DNA from: Octopus vulgaris
Taxonomy: Eukaryota
DNA: 64,000 nt
Reading direction: 5' to 3'
Assembly (NCBI GenBank): GCA_951406725.2
Contig: OX597825.1
Coordinates: 86,242,001 to 86,306,000 of the forward strand
Shown: positions 26,801 to 39,700 of the stretch, piece after piece
How the letters are laid out: every line of letters starts with the position of its first letter
Numbering within the stretch: the stretch's first letter is position 1
The notes under the pieces: generated by a model
The model's database searches: none
The model's input: the letters and a program-made list of their open reading frames with translations, nothing else
What the model was told of the DNA's origin: nothing
Translations under genes and position numbers: made by a program

Positions 26801-29800
26801 TTATTGAAATTTAATATTTTATGAATTGTTAGAACAAATATATATTTCTGCTGCTAACCCCTAAATTAGGAATTAGGGCTGGATTCTGTTATCCTCCATA
26901 CATACTGACATGTACAGAATTATATGTGCTTTGCTCAAAGAGAGAATCTGATGGCTTGTAAGAAGTTTGAACTCCTGATATTTTGATCCATGTCTGACAT
27001 CTTAACATTATAAGGTGTTGTGTCAATAGTTTCCCCACCTCCCTACACCTCCAGATACATTGTCACAAAATCAAATTGCACTTCATTCACACATAGTCCT
27101 AAATGTAAATAGAGATTTTATAATATTGCCCTGTTTCTATTGAACATGCTTTTTAGCCTTTTCTCAATTCATTTGTGCGTGTGTGTGTTAACTCCTCCTC
27201 TCCTTCCTAGTATGGACTTCCTGCCCATATATTTTTTGTACCCACAGCAAACCAGGTCACTTCACTTCCCAACCTAATAACATTAAAGTAATTTAATTAA
27301 ATGTTCTACCTGCTTTCTGCTGGAATTCATTTCCCATTACGTTTCTCCTCCACACACCTGCCATTGCCCTCTTCATGCATCTTCTCACCTTTTCATTTCC
27401 CCAGCTGAAGATGGCACCTACCTTGCCAACCAGTTACTCATTTTACCGTCAAAGAAACGACATCCAGATTATTATGAACTAATTGACGACCCAATTGACA
27501 TTAATTCAATAGAATTCAACATCAACACCGGTCAATATAAGAGCATTGAATATTTTGACAATGACATCTTGAAGCTTTTCCGAAATTCAGAGGTGAGTAC
27601 TCATTGCCATCTGGTCCTTTTATTTTTCCCAGTCATTTGACTGTAGCCATGCTGGAGCACCACCTTTAGTCAAACAAAACTACCCCAGGACTTATTCTTT
27701 GTAAGCCTAGTACTTATTCTATTGGTCTGTTTTGCCAAACCACTAAGTTACAGGGATGTAAACACACCAACATCAGTTGTGAAGCGATGGTGGGCGGGGG
27801 TTATGGGCAAACATAGACACAAACATACACACACACACACACATATATTTATTTATATATATATATGGTAAATCCCAAAAAGGAAGAAGAAACGCAAAAA
27901 AACAAACGTGAGGATGTGGTACATGTAATGTATTAGCAGACACTCAGGGAAGGAAAGAAAGATGGTTTAACATTTCATTCAGGCACTCTTCTTCGGAAAC
28001 AGAGCAAAGTCCAAAAGAAGGGAAGGCAGAGGGAAGAAAATCACCGATTCACATATACATATATATATATATGACAGGCTTCTTTCAGTTTCCATCTACC
28101 AAATCCATGTGATTAGGAAGCAAGCTTCTTACCACAGAGCCACTCCTGCAGCTATAAATTGATTAGTAATGATTAAAATTGATTACTTTGTAGTTTCTGC
28201 TTCATTGCTGCTATATCTTGATTCAAATTCCACATCACAAAACCAACATCATGTTTTGTTCTTCTGAAGATATATACCTGTGATATACTGGGGTTTGAAG
28301 TTCAGTTGATCAAATAGAATTATTTTCATTTCATTTAATGAAATAAATCTACCAAAATATTGATTTTAAATTTTGGCACAAGGCCAGCAATTTGGAGGGT
28401 GGGTTTAAGTCGGTTACATCAACCCCAGTGCACAACTGGTACTTATTCCATTGGAACGAAAAGACAAAAGGCAAAGCTGACCTCAGTGGAATTTGAACTC
28501 AGAATGCAAAGATGGCTGAAATGCCGCTAAACATTTTGCCCCATTTGCTAATGGTTCTGCCAGCTCACTGTCTTAATTTATTAAAATATATAATGAGGGA
28601 AACATTGCAAGAAATTTGAAATGAGATTGTGGTGTTCAAGCCTTGTCTTGTGAATATTAGCAATATAAGTGATGTTTTCAGAAAGGGGTCACTTGTATTT
28701 GAAGAATTAGCTGTCTAGTTGAATGGGTTTGCAGAAGAGGAAGCTGTGAGAAATCTGATGAAGTCTCGTCTGAGGCTGTTGGACTTCATAAAGAAAAGAC
28801 TTGTCTGACCTATACCAATATGGAAAAATGAGCATAAAACAGTGATGTTGATGTTGATGATACAAAGCCAACATCATTCCAGCATGGATTGGACGGCTCA
28901 TCATTGTTCAAGTTAGTTTTTATTCATGAATAGATTGTACAGTTTTGGCAAAGTTTCTCTGGCTGGATGTCATTCCTGACAGCAACCACTTCACAGAGTG
29001 GACTGGATGAATTTTATCATGGCACCAGCACTAGAGGGGTTGTTTTGCCTTAATAAACGACTCTGAAAGGCTCCTCTCTGATGAAAGTAGGACAGTAGCC
29101 CTTCAGTTGATTATCTCCCTTATATACCCCTGTTTGTTGACCCCGATAAAAGAATACGCTTTCATCGATGCACGTTTTTACCTATTTATTAACTAATGAC
29201 GATCTGTTGCCCTTGTTTCTGTCTCCTTGTAGAAATACTTCAAACGAAAGTCTGAGAAAGGACGGCAAGTGGTTTGTTTGCGGAAAATCTATAATTCTGT
29301 GAAAAATAGTCTGATGAAGAAGTTGCAGGAGATAACAGGAGAAGATGGAGTGTCAAAATCTCGAGGTTCTGTGGAATCTACTGAATTGGTTGAAACGAAA
29401 AATAGAAGAGGTAAAGTTTTCAAATTCAAACCAGCTCTTAATTGCCTTTGTCATGTTTAGCCCTCATCATCATCTCATCTTCTCTGTATTACATAGGTTC
29501 ATCACTTTTCTCTCCACCAGCTTTCCATTAGAGATATAGTGTCAATCAATACTTAATGGACAGGTCTTCATCTTCATTCTTATCTCCATCCTACCCTCTC
29601 GTTAACATGGACTCGATTGGACAACTTTGTGATATGGCAGCAAATGGCTGTGTTTTTCTCTTTCAAACCTGTGTCATTTAGTTTTGAGATTAGACTTTAA
29701 ACTCTACCACATGACTCTTGGGACTCCTTGATAAAATCCACTGGGACATTACCATTCAAACCAGGTCCCTTGCCTCAAGGGAACTCAGGATCTTCATATA

Positions 29801-32800
29801 CTGCTCTCCCCTATTGTCCTTCTTCGACTGAGACATAAAAAAAATTGACATAATATCCCAAGTTCTGGCTTGACCATTTCTGGAATAAATAATCTCCATG
29901 ACTAGTTCAGATGCTTTTATAACAAGACACAGTAACCATATTTCTGTTGTTATTAAGTGAAAACAAGGAAAGGAAGGGGATGATTGCTCTCCTCTCACTG
30001 CAACTCTGGCGCTTTTAAGTTCAGAAAATAAATACCAAAGTGACTGAAAGAGGCGAAGGACAAATGCAATGGCTTGGTTTAAGCTTTGACTGATAAGTAT
30101 TTGGGATTTGCCTCTCCATGTGAGAATTGAGAGTGTCTATGTAGAGATTGGATTTTTAAAGAGGGGTTCACAGTTTATAAGGGACTCAGTTCCAGCAACA
30201 GGATACAAAGACACACACACCATCTGTCTTGCCATAACTGAGAAAGTTACTGCTAGATGGCAGCAGTAGTCTGTAGTTAGTCAGTGGTTTGGGTCTTGAA
30301 AAACTGAAGATGGATCACCTCCAATAAAGGTTTCAAATTTCCTCACAAAGTCAGCAATTTTGGGGGGAAAGGTGGGTTAAGTCAATTATATCCACCCCAG
30401 GGCTCAACAGGTATTTATTTCATTGATCCCAAAAGGATGAAAGGCAAAATCAACCAGGTGAGATTTGAACTCAGAATGTAACGATGGACAAAATGCTGCT
30501 AAGCATTTTGCCTGGTGTGCTAACCATTCTTCCATTTTGCCACCTTAATTCTCTAATAACAGCCCATTAATGGATACCTCTTATCAACTCTCACTATTGA
30601 CAAAAAGCAGAGCTATCATTATATGCAAGTGAGATAGACATTTTACAGATAAACATTCTTAGCTGCTTTCTGTGAGATTGAAATGTTTCTATTGGTATTT
30701 TTTATATATTTTTGTAATTTTTTTCATCTTCAGACAAAGAAGAAGAACCTGAAGAAGAAATCATTCGCTGTATATGTAACATTTATAGAGATGAAGGCCT
30801 TATGATTCAGTGTGAGAAATGTTTTGTAAGTATCATCTCACTTCCATCTCCTGCTGTTTACGATTATCTTTCAAACTCCTTTTTTTGTTTGTTTTGTTTG
30901 TATTTAACATAGTTTGTATGGCATCAAATTCTCACACTCTACATTAATTGGGATTCTCATTTTTAAACTGGTTTTTTTCATAAAATATTACTGGACAGCT
31001 TTGTTGATATTTAATCCTGAATTTAGACGTAGGTGTGTATCTGTGTATCACACACATACCAGTGTGTATATTGAAATGTATGTATATATATATGTAACAT
31101 ATATATAGATAGATAGATTAAGGTGGTGCCCCAGCATGGCAGCAGTCAATTGTCTGAAACAAGTAAAAGAATATATACATACTTACAAAGAATAAGCCCT
31201 GGGGCCAATTTGTTCAACTAAAGTCGACGGTCCAGCATGGAAGGCAGACATTAACTGATGATGCAGACGATGTATATATATATATATGTGTATATATATA
31301 TATATGTGTATGTATAATATATGTGCTTATGTATATATAAACAAAAAGCAAGGACTCATAAAAACTTGTGGTAGTCTACATCAGCAAAAATTATACAGTG
31401 AAGTTAGTGAGTTTGTATCAATTTTGTATGCAAATAGGAGAAATGAAGGCTCTGGTGTCTTCGGGCTGACCCTTTGTATGAGAGAAATGTTCTCCCTCTC
31501 ACATACACACACACTCTCTCTCTCTCTCTTTCTCTCTCTCTCCCTCCCTTACACAAACTCACACATGCAAAAAGACCACTCCAAACCATAAAAATCTTTT
31601 CTATGAAAACTAACAAACATATATATATAATATATATTGACTGTGTGGTAAGTAGCCTGCTTACCAACCACATGGTTCCGGGTTCAGTCCCATTGTGTGG
31701 CACTTTGGGCAAGTGTCTTCTGCTATAGCCTCAGGCTAACCAAAGCTTTGTGAAAGAAGCCTGTCGTTTATATATGTGTGTGTCTGTGTTTGTCCCCCCC
31801 CCATCATCATTTGACAACCAATGCTGGTGTGTTTATGTCCCCGTAACTTAGTGGTTCAGCAAAATAGACCAATAGAATAAATACTAGGTTTATAAAGAAT
31901 AAGTCCTGGGGTCAGTGTGTTCGATTAAAGGCAGTGCTCCGGCATGGCCACAGTCAAATGACTGAAACGAATCAAAGAATATGGTGCTGCTGCCATGATG
32001 ATTGCATATATTCATTTGAAGTTGAGGCCTGATTCCACCTCTACCCTGGTTTCTTATTTTTCACAGCTGTGAAAAAAAAATGGAAATATGTGTGTGTGTG
32101 TGTAAGGTGAGAGGAAAACTGAGTATTTGTGTAAAAATTTACTTTGAAGACAAAGTGTAGTGGTTTGACTGTAATATTGTAGGTATTGGCCAAGCTGGGG
32201 TAGAGAGTTCAAATTGACATAAAACTTTAAACTGTTAATGAAGATGTTTGTTGCAGTTTATGAAAATAGACAAATAATAGTTTGCCAATAGCAGTAGTGT
32301 GAGTAGTAGTAGTGGTGGTGGTGGTGGCGGCAGTGGCGGTGGTGGTGATGATTAATTTGAATGAAGATGTAGCTGTGGATGTTGTTAGGTCAACAGATGA
32401 AGCAGCAGGTGAGTGTTGTGGACAGATCTCTTTGGTAGACAGCCTCGTGACTGACACTGGTGGTGTCACATAATGACAAAAACGACCAGCCGGGCCACGT
32501 TTAGATTATGGGCAACAGCAACCAGAGAATCACTGGCCCTCCTCTCAAACATCTCCAGATTTTTTGCCAAGTTGTGTTTCATGAGATATATTCCCTCCTG
32601 ATGTTTGTCTTGTTTACTTTTATCTGCAGATATGGCAGCACTGTGATTGCATGGGTGTCAAAGGCAACGTAGCTAATTACCTGTGTGAAGTGTGTGACCC
32701 TCGTTATTATCCGAAGGTAAGATGGTTTCTCTTTCTCATTTGCATATGCTAAGGAGTTGGCAACAAAGTGAAAAGTAGATTGTACGATAGCTTGTGTGGC

Positions 32801-33715
32801 TGTTGAATGTGGGAGACGTGAATAAGGTGGGAAGAAATGTGGTGACCCTGGCCTGTTAGGAGTGAAATATGAGCTGAAAGAAAAGTTAGGAATCAGGTGT
32901 ACTGTGCAGGGGGGGGGAGACTGCTGCACCTGGTACAGACAAGCAAGGGTAGAGAAGGGACAACTGATCAGAATAGGAAGGAAGAGATGAGCAAAAGAGT
33001 TGGAAATTGATGTGAGGGGATAAGAAGAGAAAGACAACCATGCCCTGGCCAAGTGAGGCAGAACCTGGGGAAATGGTTGTGAAAGGGTGGGGTGTTTATG
33101 TTAAGAGTGCAGCGGGGACATTAAAAAATGTTTGTATCAGTAATATGGTGGCTTATCTCCATTCACGTGTAGAACGAGTGGGGTGTGTGTGTATATATCT
33201 GAGTGAGAGATGGAGTGTGAGTGCAGAGTCAATGATGGAATTGAAGAAGTTATGTTGTGGAGTAAAGTGGGTTCTGCTGCTGCTGCTGTATCTGGCCAAA
33301 TCTCATTCTCTGTGAGTAAAGGTTAACGATGCTGAAGTGCAAGGATGAGGGTTAGTGTTCACAGGTCGGGGGTCAAAGAGTGGGGAGGGTATTGTGGTGA
33401 CATAGATATCTGTCGGTATGGGCTCATCAGAGAATACTGTTGCGATGTTCACAGAAGCAGTTCTTTAAAACGGCACCAGGTGTCACCTGTGTGTTGTAAA
33501 TCTCAAAGTTTGGTGACGGTGCCACATATAAAGCACCCTGAGTGGCTGGTGTTAGGAAGGGCTTCCAGCTGTAGGAACCATGCCACAACGGACAATAGGG
33601 ACCTGGTGTGGCTCTCCAGCCTTGCCAGCTCCTGTCTAACTATCCAACAGATGTTAAATGATGAGGATGATGAGAGATATAACTGATGATCTGGAGGGAG
33701 TTTTAATGTAAAATA

Positions 33716-33761
<46 letters not shown>

Positions 33762-36700
33762 TGTGTGTGGTGTGTGTGTGTGGTGCGTGTAGGTAGAGAA
33801 GGGAGATGTTTACTTGTTGCTTTATGGATTTTGTTGTAATGTTTGTAGGAAATTCTGATGGTACCTCAGCCAAGTGATGCTGCATCTGGCAACACTTATT
33901 ATATGACACTGATGCGTGATGAGATGCAAATCCATGTTGGTGATTGTGCCTATGTGATGAGAGATAATCTGCTGAAGAGAAGTTCGGATGGAACACCCGT
34001 GCGGACATCTTATCGTCTCCTGTCCAACATCAGTCCAGATAAGTTGGATATTTTCAGAGTAGAACGGCTGTGGAAAAATGCAAAGTAAGTGAACTTTGGC
34101 AAATATCGTTGTTAATTGGAGACGTTCATTCATATTTGTCTTGAATAAATGGAATTTCACTGTTGACAATTGTTTGAAACCGTCCAATATAAAAAGGTCT
34201 TGTGAAAACTGGATGTAAATACGATCAAACACTTTGTTAGGGATGTTAAAAACTGTTAAATGATTTATTATTATTATTGTTATAATTAATCATCATTGTT
34301 CGACCATGGTCGAGACAATGGAATTTACTATGTTACGCCAGACTTCACGGTCCATCAGAGCATTATGGAGGTCCTGTCGCTGGATGCCTGTATCCCTGGA
34401 GATTACATCAGGGTAGGAGACTGCGCCCTCTGGTATCGCGAGCAGATGGCTTCCAGAGGAGAAGATTAGAAATTACGAAAGTCCTGTTAATTAAATTATT
34501 AAAAAACTTAATTGACATCATGCTGAATTTGTAACTTAGCAACACTTTAATTAATATGATTTTTAATTCTTACTTAGCATTTTCTGTGATGGCAATTTGT
34601 TCCATAAATGTTTTTATATTTCTTTCTCTTGTTATATAAACATGTGTCCATGTGAAATGCCCACATGAAGATGGTTGTTTCTGTTTGCAGGGATGAAAAG
34701 TTTGCCTATGGTCATCATTATGTACGACCACATGAGACATTCCATGAACCTTATCGGAAATTTTTTGCCAATGAGGTAATTATTGTTTTTTTTTATTTCA
34801 CCATCTTCCAACTGATTCCACAAGAAATTTTATTGCTAATTGGAGACATTCATTCATTTCATCAATGTGGCTGATATCTTTGAGAATGGCATGAAGATCA
34901 CAGGATCAATCCTAGACCACATAAGTTAATGTTTTGATACCTTCCTGGAGAAGGTAACAAAGAACCCCTTTCAATGTCTACTTGCTAGAAACACTACACT
35001 ATCTCACCCTCTCAATAACAACACTACATTATTTACGCAGACTTTCTTGAAGCCCTCGTTAACCCCACTACTGTTCAGTGGTGGTAGTAATAGTGATACT
35101 ACTGCTACTACCAGTTTCTATATTCTGTTGAAGAGATTCTAGACCCGTGGTTCCCAAAAGTAGCCCCCAGGGCCTTATGCGGCCTTCAAGCATCCATCTG
35201 GCAGTCCTCAACAGTCTTCCCTCAATAGATATAATAAATTTTTCTCTAATTGACTTATGTTTTACTTTTTGGGGGTGTGGTCCCTTTAAAAAATCCAGGT
35301 TTTAGATCTGGCCCCCAGTTATTTAAAAGTTTCAGAACCACTGTTCTGCACAGTAAAGTATTTTTGGGATTTGGGGGAAGATTTTATGTTGGAGCTGATG
35401 GTTGGTATTTCTTTTGCAGCAGAAATCACACTCAACACTACCATTGCCATTTTTGTAGTTTCCATTTCTTTCCTCTCTCTCTCTCTTTTTCCTCTCCCCC
35501 CCCCCCTCAAGTATTTTCTTATCCTGATCTTTCATTTGTAACCCCTAAACATTAGACAGAAGAAAGTTTCAGCCAATATTAGCATGTTGTCTACTAAAAG
35601 CTGGCACTAATGACCACCACATACTGAACCCATTTTTATCGGTGATGTCCAATCATTATTTGACCATTCTGTTAACCTTCCACTGTTATCCAACTTTTAC
35701 AGGTTTTCCGAATACCATTGTACGACATAATTCCATTAGAAGCCATTATTGGAACTTGTTGTGTGCTTGACCTCAACACTTTCTGTAAAGGACGGCCAAA
35801 AGGACTGAAAGAACAAGATGTATATATTTGCGAAAGCAGAGTAGATAAAACTGCACATCATTTCTCGAAAATATCACGCACAAGGTAAACATCTTGACCA
35901 TTTTTTTTTTTTATATGTTCTTCTCTTGTGTTTTTGTTTTAGGACTCTTCTGTTTTGTTGGCGAATGCCATAATTTGTGGGGGGTTGTCCAGTGTCCACC
36001 TGCTGTCCAGTTATGCACACTCATAGTCAGAGATGTCACTCTTCATTGCAATGGCCCAATACATTGAACAGTGAATAGATACCATGAAGAGGTTGACAAC
36101 TGTTATTTATTGTTACTTTGGTGTTCAGTATAGAGAGAAAGCAAGGGAAGATAAATGGTGGAACATTGCAGGAAGTGTCTATCACGCACACACGCACACA
36201 GCAACTTTTGTATTGTTGATACCATATTAAAAAACCATCTCTTGTAACTTGTTAATACGTTATAAACCACAAATTTCCCATTTTGTCGAACAATAAGATG
36301 GCCATCCAACTGAAGGAAAAAAAAAACCAATCCTAACCTGATGACGTTGAATGATGGTGTATTTTAGTGAAGCTAACTAAAATGGGGTCTGCATGTTGTA
36401 CTGTCTGCTCTTGCCTGCCATGTGGGAAGTGTGTTTTGCACATAAGGTAGATAGGAGCAGAGGTTTCATGCTGTACTCTGTGGCATCTCTGGAAGGGAGG
36501 CTGGAATCTGCCTGGATTCAGATACATTGGAAATGAAGAAACAAAGAAAGATCAAACCCACTCCATAAACTGTTCAGACTTAATTGTCTCTGACCCAGCT
36601 GATCTAATTAGCATTGTTGTTGGTTGTAATTAACACAGTTATTAGTGTAAAGGAGGTGTTACTGTTGTTGATAGCAAGGGGTTTCTTTCTGTCTAAAAAT

Positions 36701-39700
36701 ACAGACTGTAAGAGAGACGATCAAGAGTCAAACGCCACATGGTAGCAGCAAGTCATGGAACACTGAGTGTGGAACATGTGCAGAGGTTGGAGAAGATGAG
36801 TGGAATAAGTTTTGTTGTACAAGATTATTAAATTGTGTGAAAAATCAAGTGCTTAGAGGAGGTGGGTGACAACGAAGGTGGTGGCAGTGTTGCTGTTGTT
36901 GTCATTCCTGTCACTGTACATAGTTTTGATTGAGGCAGATTTCAAAGTTAACAGAGAGTTCTCTTTGACAGTGTTGTCAGTAAATGTCTGCCTGTTATTA
37001 ATTAATATTCAGAGGTGAACTTTAAACTTCAGCTTCTGCAATCCACAAACAACAAAAAAAAAAGACCAAGTCAGAATTCAGTTGGGCTAAATTCTAATAA
37101 AAGACTCTTTGTTGATTTCAACCCAGCAAACTAACCGGTCCTTAGTGTTCCTGCTGGTGCAAACACTTTGCCCATCGGCTACTCTTAGTTTCATTGTAGT
37201 CTTTCGCTATATTTACCCCATCTTCTAGACACTACATCCACCACCCTACATTTCTCACTCTATCAACTACCAATATGGTTCCTAGAGTTGTTCACTATCA
37301 TTTCCTTTACTGTCGGTATGTTTCCAATAGAACTATCTCAATCAGAAATTGCTTTCCCAAGTGAACTCTCTTATCAGCCTGGTCAAAGGGCCAATATTGT
37401 TTCAGCCACTGCTTCTTACTCTCTTAATGTCTCATCTATTCGATAAGATGTTGCCCTTCAGATTGAAGTTCCTCTGCTCACTCTCACCTACTTTAGAGTA
37501 CCTCAAACTTTGATTATGTCACTGAAAATCTTTTCTTCTGTACACAAAAACCTTGCTCTTCTAACTCTCCACATTCCAACACAACACATAAAAACTCACC
37601 ACTCCTCATTCTGCAGGGATGCTGGCTGTCCTGGCTGCCTCAGACAGTGTTTGCAGATTTATTTACAACAGAAAACTCACTGTTTGTTTGCTCTTGTTAA
37701 GCTTGTTATCTCTCTCTCTCTTCCACTGCAAACATTCCTAATACTTTTCTATTTTTCATTGTCTAGATATCCAGTTCTTACGAAATCCTATTGCTTTGAT
37801 AAATTTGAAAAGCGGTTGTTTCCCAAAAGAACCTACTCAGTAAGTAGAACTGATGCTTTACAGCCTTTTGAGCTTTTTCACTGTCAACCTTGCGTTACGT
37901 GCATGCATGTCGTGTGTGTCTGTCTGTGTGTCTTGTGGGAAACAGCTTCTCTTTTAGACATAAATTTTAATTATTTTCATTTAGCCATCATTATGCATAT
38001 TTAGTATATAACATTAGGAAGAGTATCCAGCCATACAAACCCTACCAAAGCAGACTTTGGAGCTTGGCACTGTCCTCTGGCTCACTGGCTCTTGTCGAGC
38101 TATCCAACCCATGCAGCGTGGAGAATAGGCATTAAACGATGATGATGATCAGGATTTATGTCAGATAAACGAGTGCTCAATACATGTTGTAGAGGATATG
38201 GGTTTTTGTGGGTTTTTTTATTGAATCTAAAACTCAGAGTTTGTCTCACAATTCAAATTTCATGCCACTGAGATCTGTAGAACTTCAGCTAAGAACAACT
38301 GTGCCGCCTGGAGATTGCAATGGTGTGAAACCTGTTGCAAGAGGCATCCTCAGTTTCAATTTAAAAAACAAAAAGTATATATATGTATACACACACTCAC
38401 ATAAATATATTTATTGAGGTCAACTGAAAAGCCTGTTTGGCATTAATAATAACCAAGGTCAGTTGAGCTTCTCTTACATCATGTCTCTCTCTCCCTCACA
38501 CCTCCCCTCCCCCTTGTCACTACATCAACCTATTTCTTTACTGCCCACAAAGGGCTACACACAGAGGGGACAAACAAGGACAGACAAACGGATTAAGTCA
38601 ATTATATCGACCCCGAAAGGATGAAAGGCAAAGTCGACCTTGGTGGAATTTGAACTCGGAACGTAACAGCAGACGAAATACAACTACGCATTTCGCCCAG
38701 CGTGCTAACGTTTCTGCCACACTCACCTCCCTCCTGCATTCAGTTGGCCCCTACCTGATCCCAATCATCCTGTTGTAGGTTCACACAGATGTACCCATCT
38801 ACATTTAGACATTACCTTTACATTGCAAACGCCTCTCCCTCTCGCATCAACGTAGCCTAGCAACAAGCTTATCAAATGTGGTTCTGCTTTGTCCGTTCAG
38901 CCTCATGAAGTCCCAGAGACCTACAAACGGCGTGGTCCTGGTGACCGGCACTCCCACTCAAACGACGACCTGCACAACACCAACAACACTAAACAGTGTA
39001 ACAAGAAGAGTTCAGACTCGGCTGGCAAGTCTTCAGCGGCAGCCACACAGCAGCAGCAGCAGCAGCAGCAACAGCAACAGCAGCAGCAGCCGCAGCAGCA
39101 ACAGCAGCAGCAGAAGACAGCAGAGACCAATCCTGGGAAGACAGGAGTAGCGACCAGTGATTCGGAGGAGGATTTACCACTGGCCCACGTCAAACAACAG
39201 AAGGTAAACACATTCAATTCTGGTTTTCCCCCCCTCTCTCTTCTCTCTCCTCTCTCTCTCTCTCTCTCCTCCCCTTCTCTGATAAGTAATTATTGCTGTT
39301 TCATTCCTTTGGGAGATTTTATTAGAGATAAATACAATCAGTTGTTTGTGTTTGTGTTTATTATGTTGATAAAAGCCAGGCGAGTCTTGTGGCACCACAG
39401 ACAAATGCTGTTACCAAATACCATTCCAGGTTCACAAAGAAATTAGGGATGGTAAGGTGGGAGGGCATTACTAAAGCAGTTTTGGAAACCATTCAAGAGA
39501 TTTCAGGGGAAGGAAATTGGAGATTATTCCAGAGCAAGACTATGGAAGACCTTTGGAACAAATTCAGGCTTCAGTTTCTTAAGAATTTTGAGGGATCTGA
39601 AGAACTTTCTCAAAATTGATTGAAATGAAGCAGAGGTGGTCACTGATGTTGCTAATTAGTTGACTGTTTATATTTCTAATTAATTAATTGATTCTATGAA

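Noticed and set aside
32579-33052. 157-aa minus-strand ORF
   Set aside because: Antisense to a PHD exon and purine-rich intron; no protein-like features.
38921-39217. Poly-Cys and poly-Ala ORFs on the minus strand
   Set aside because: Antisense frames of the CAG tract in the ASH1L exon.
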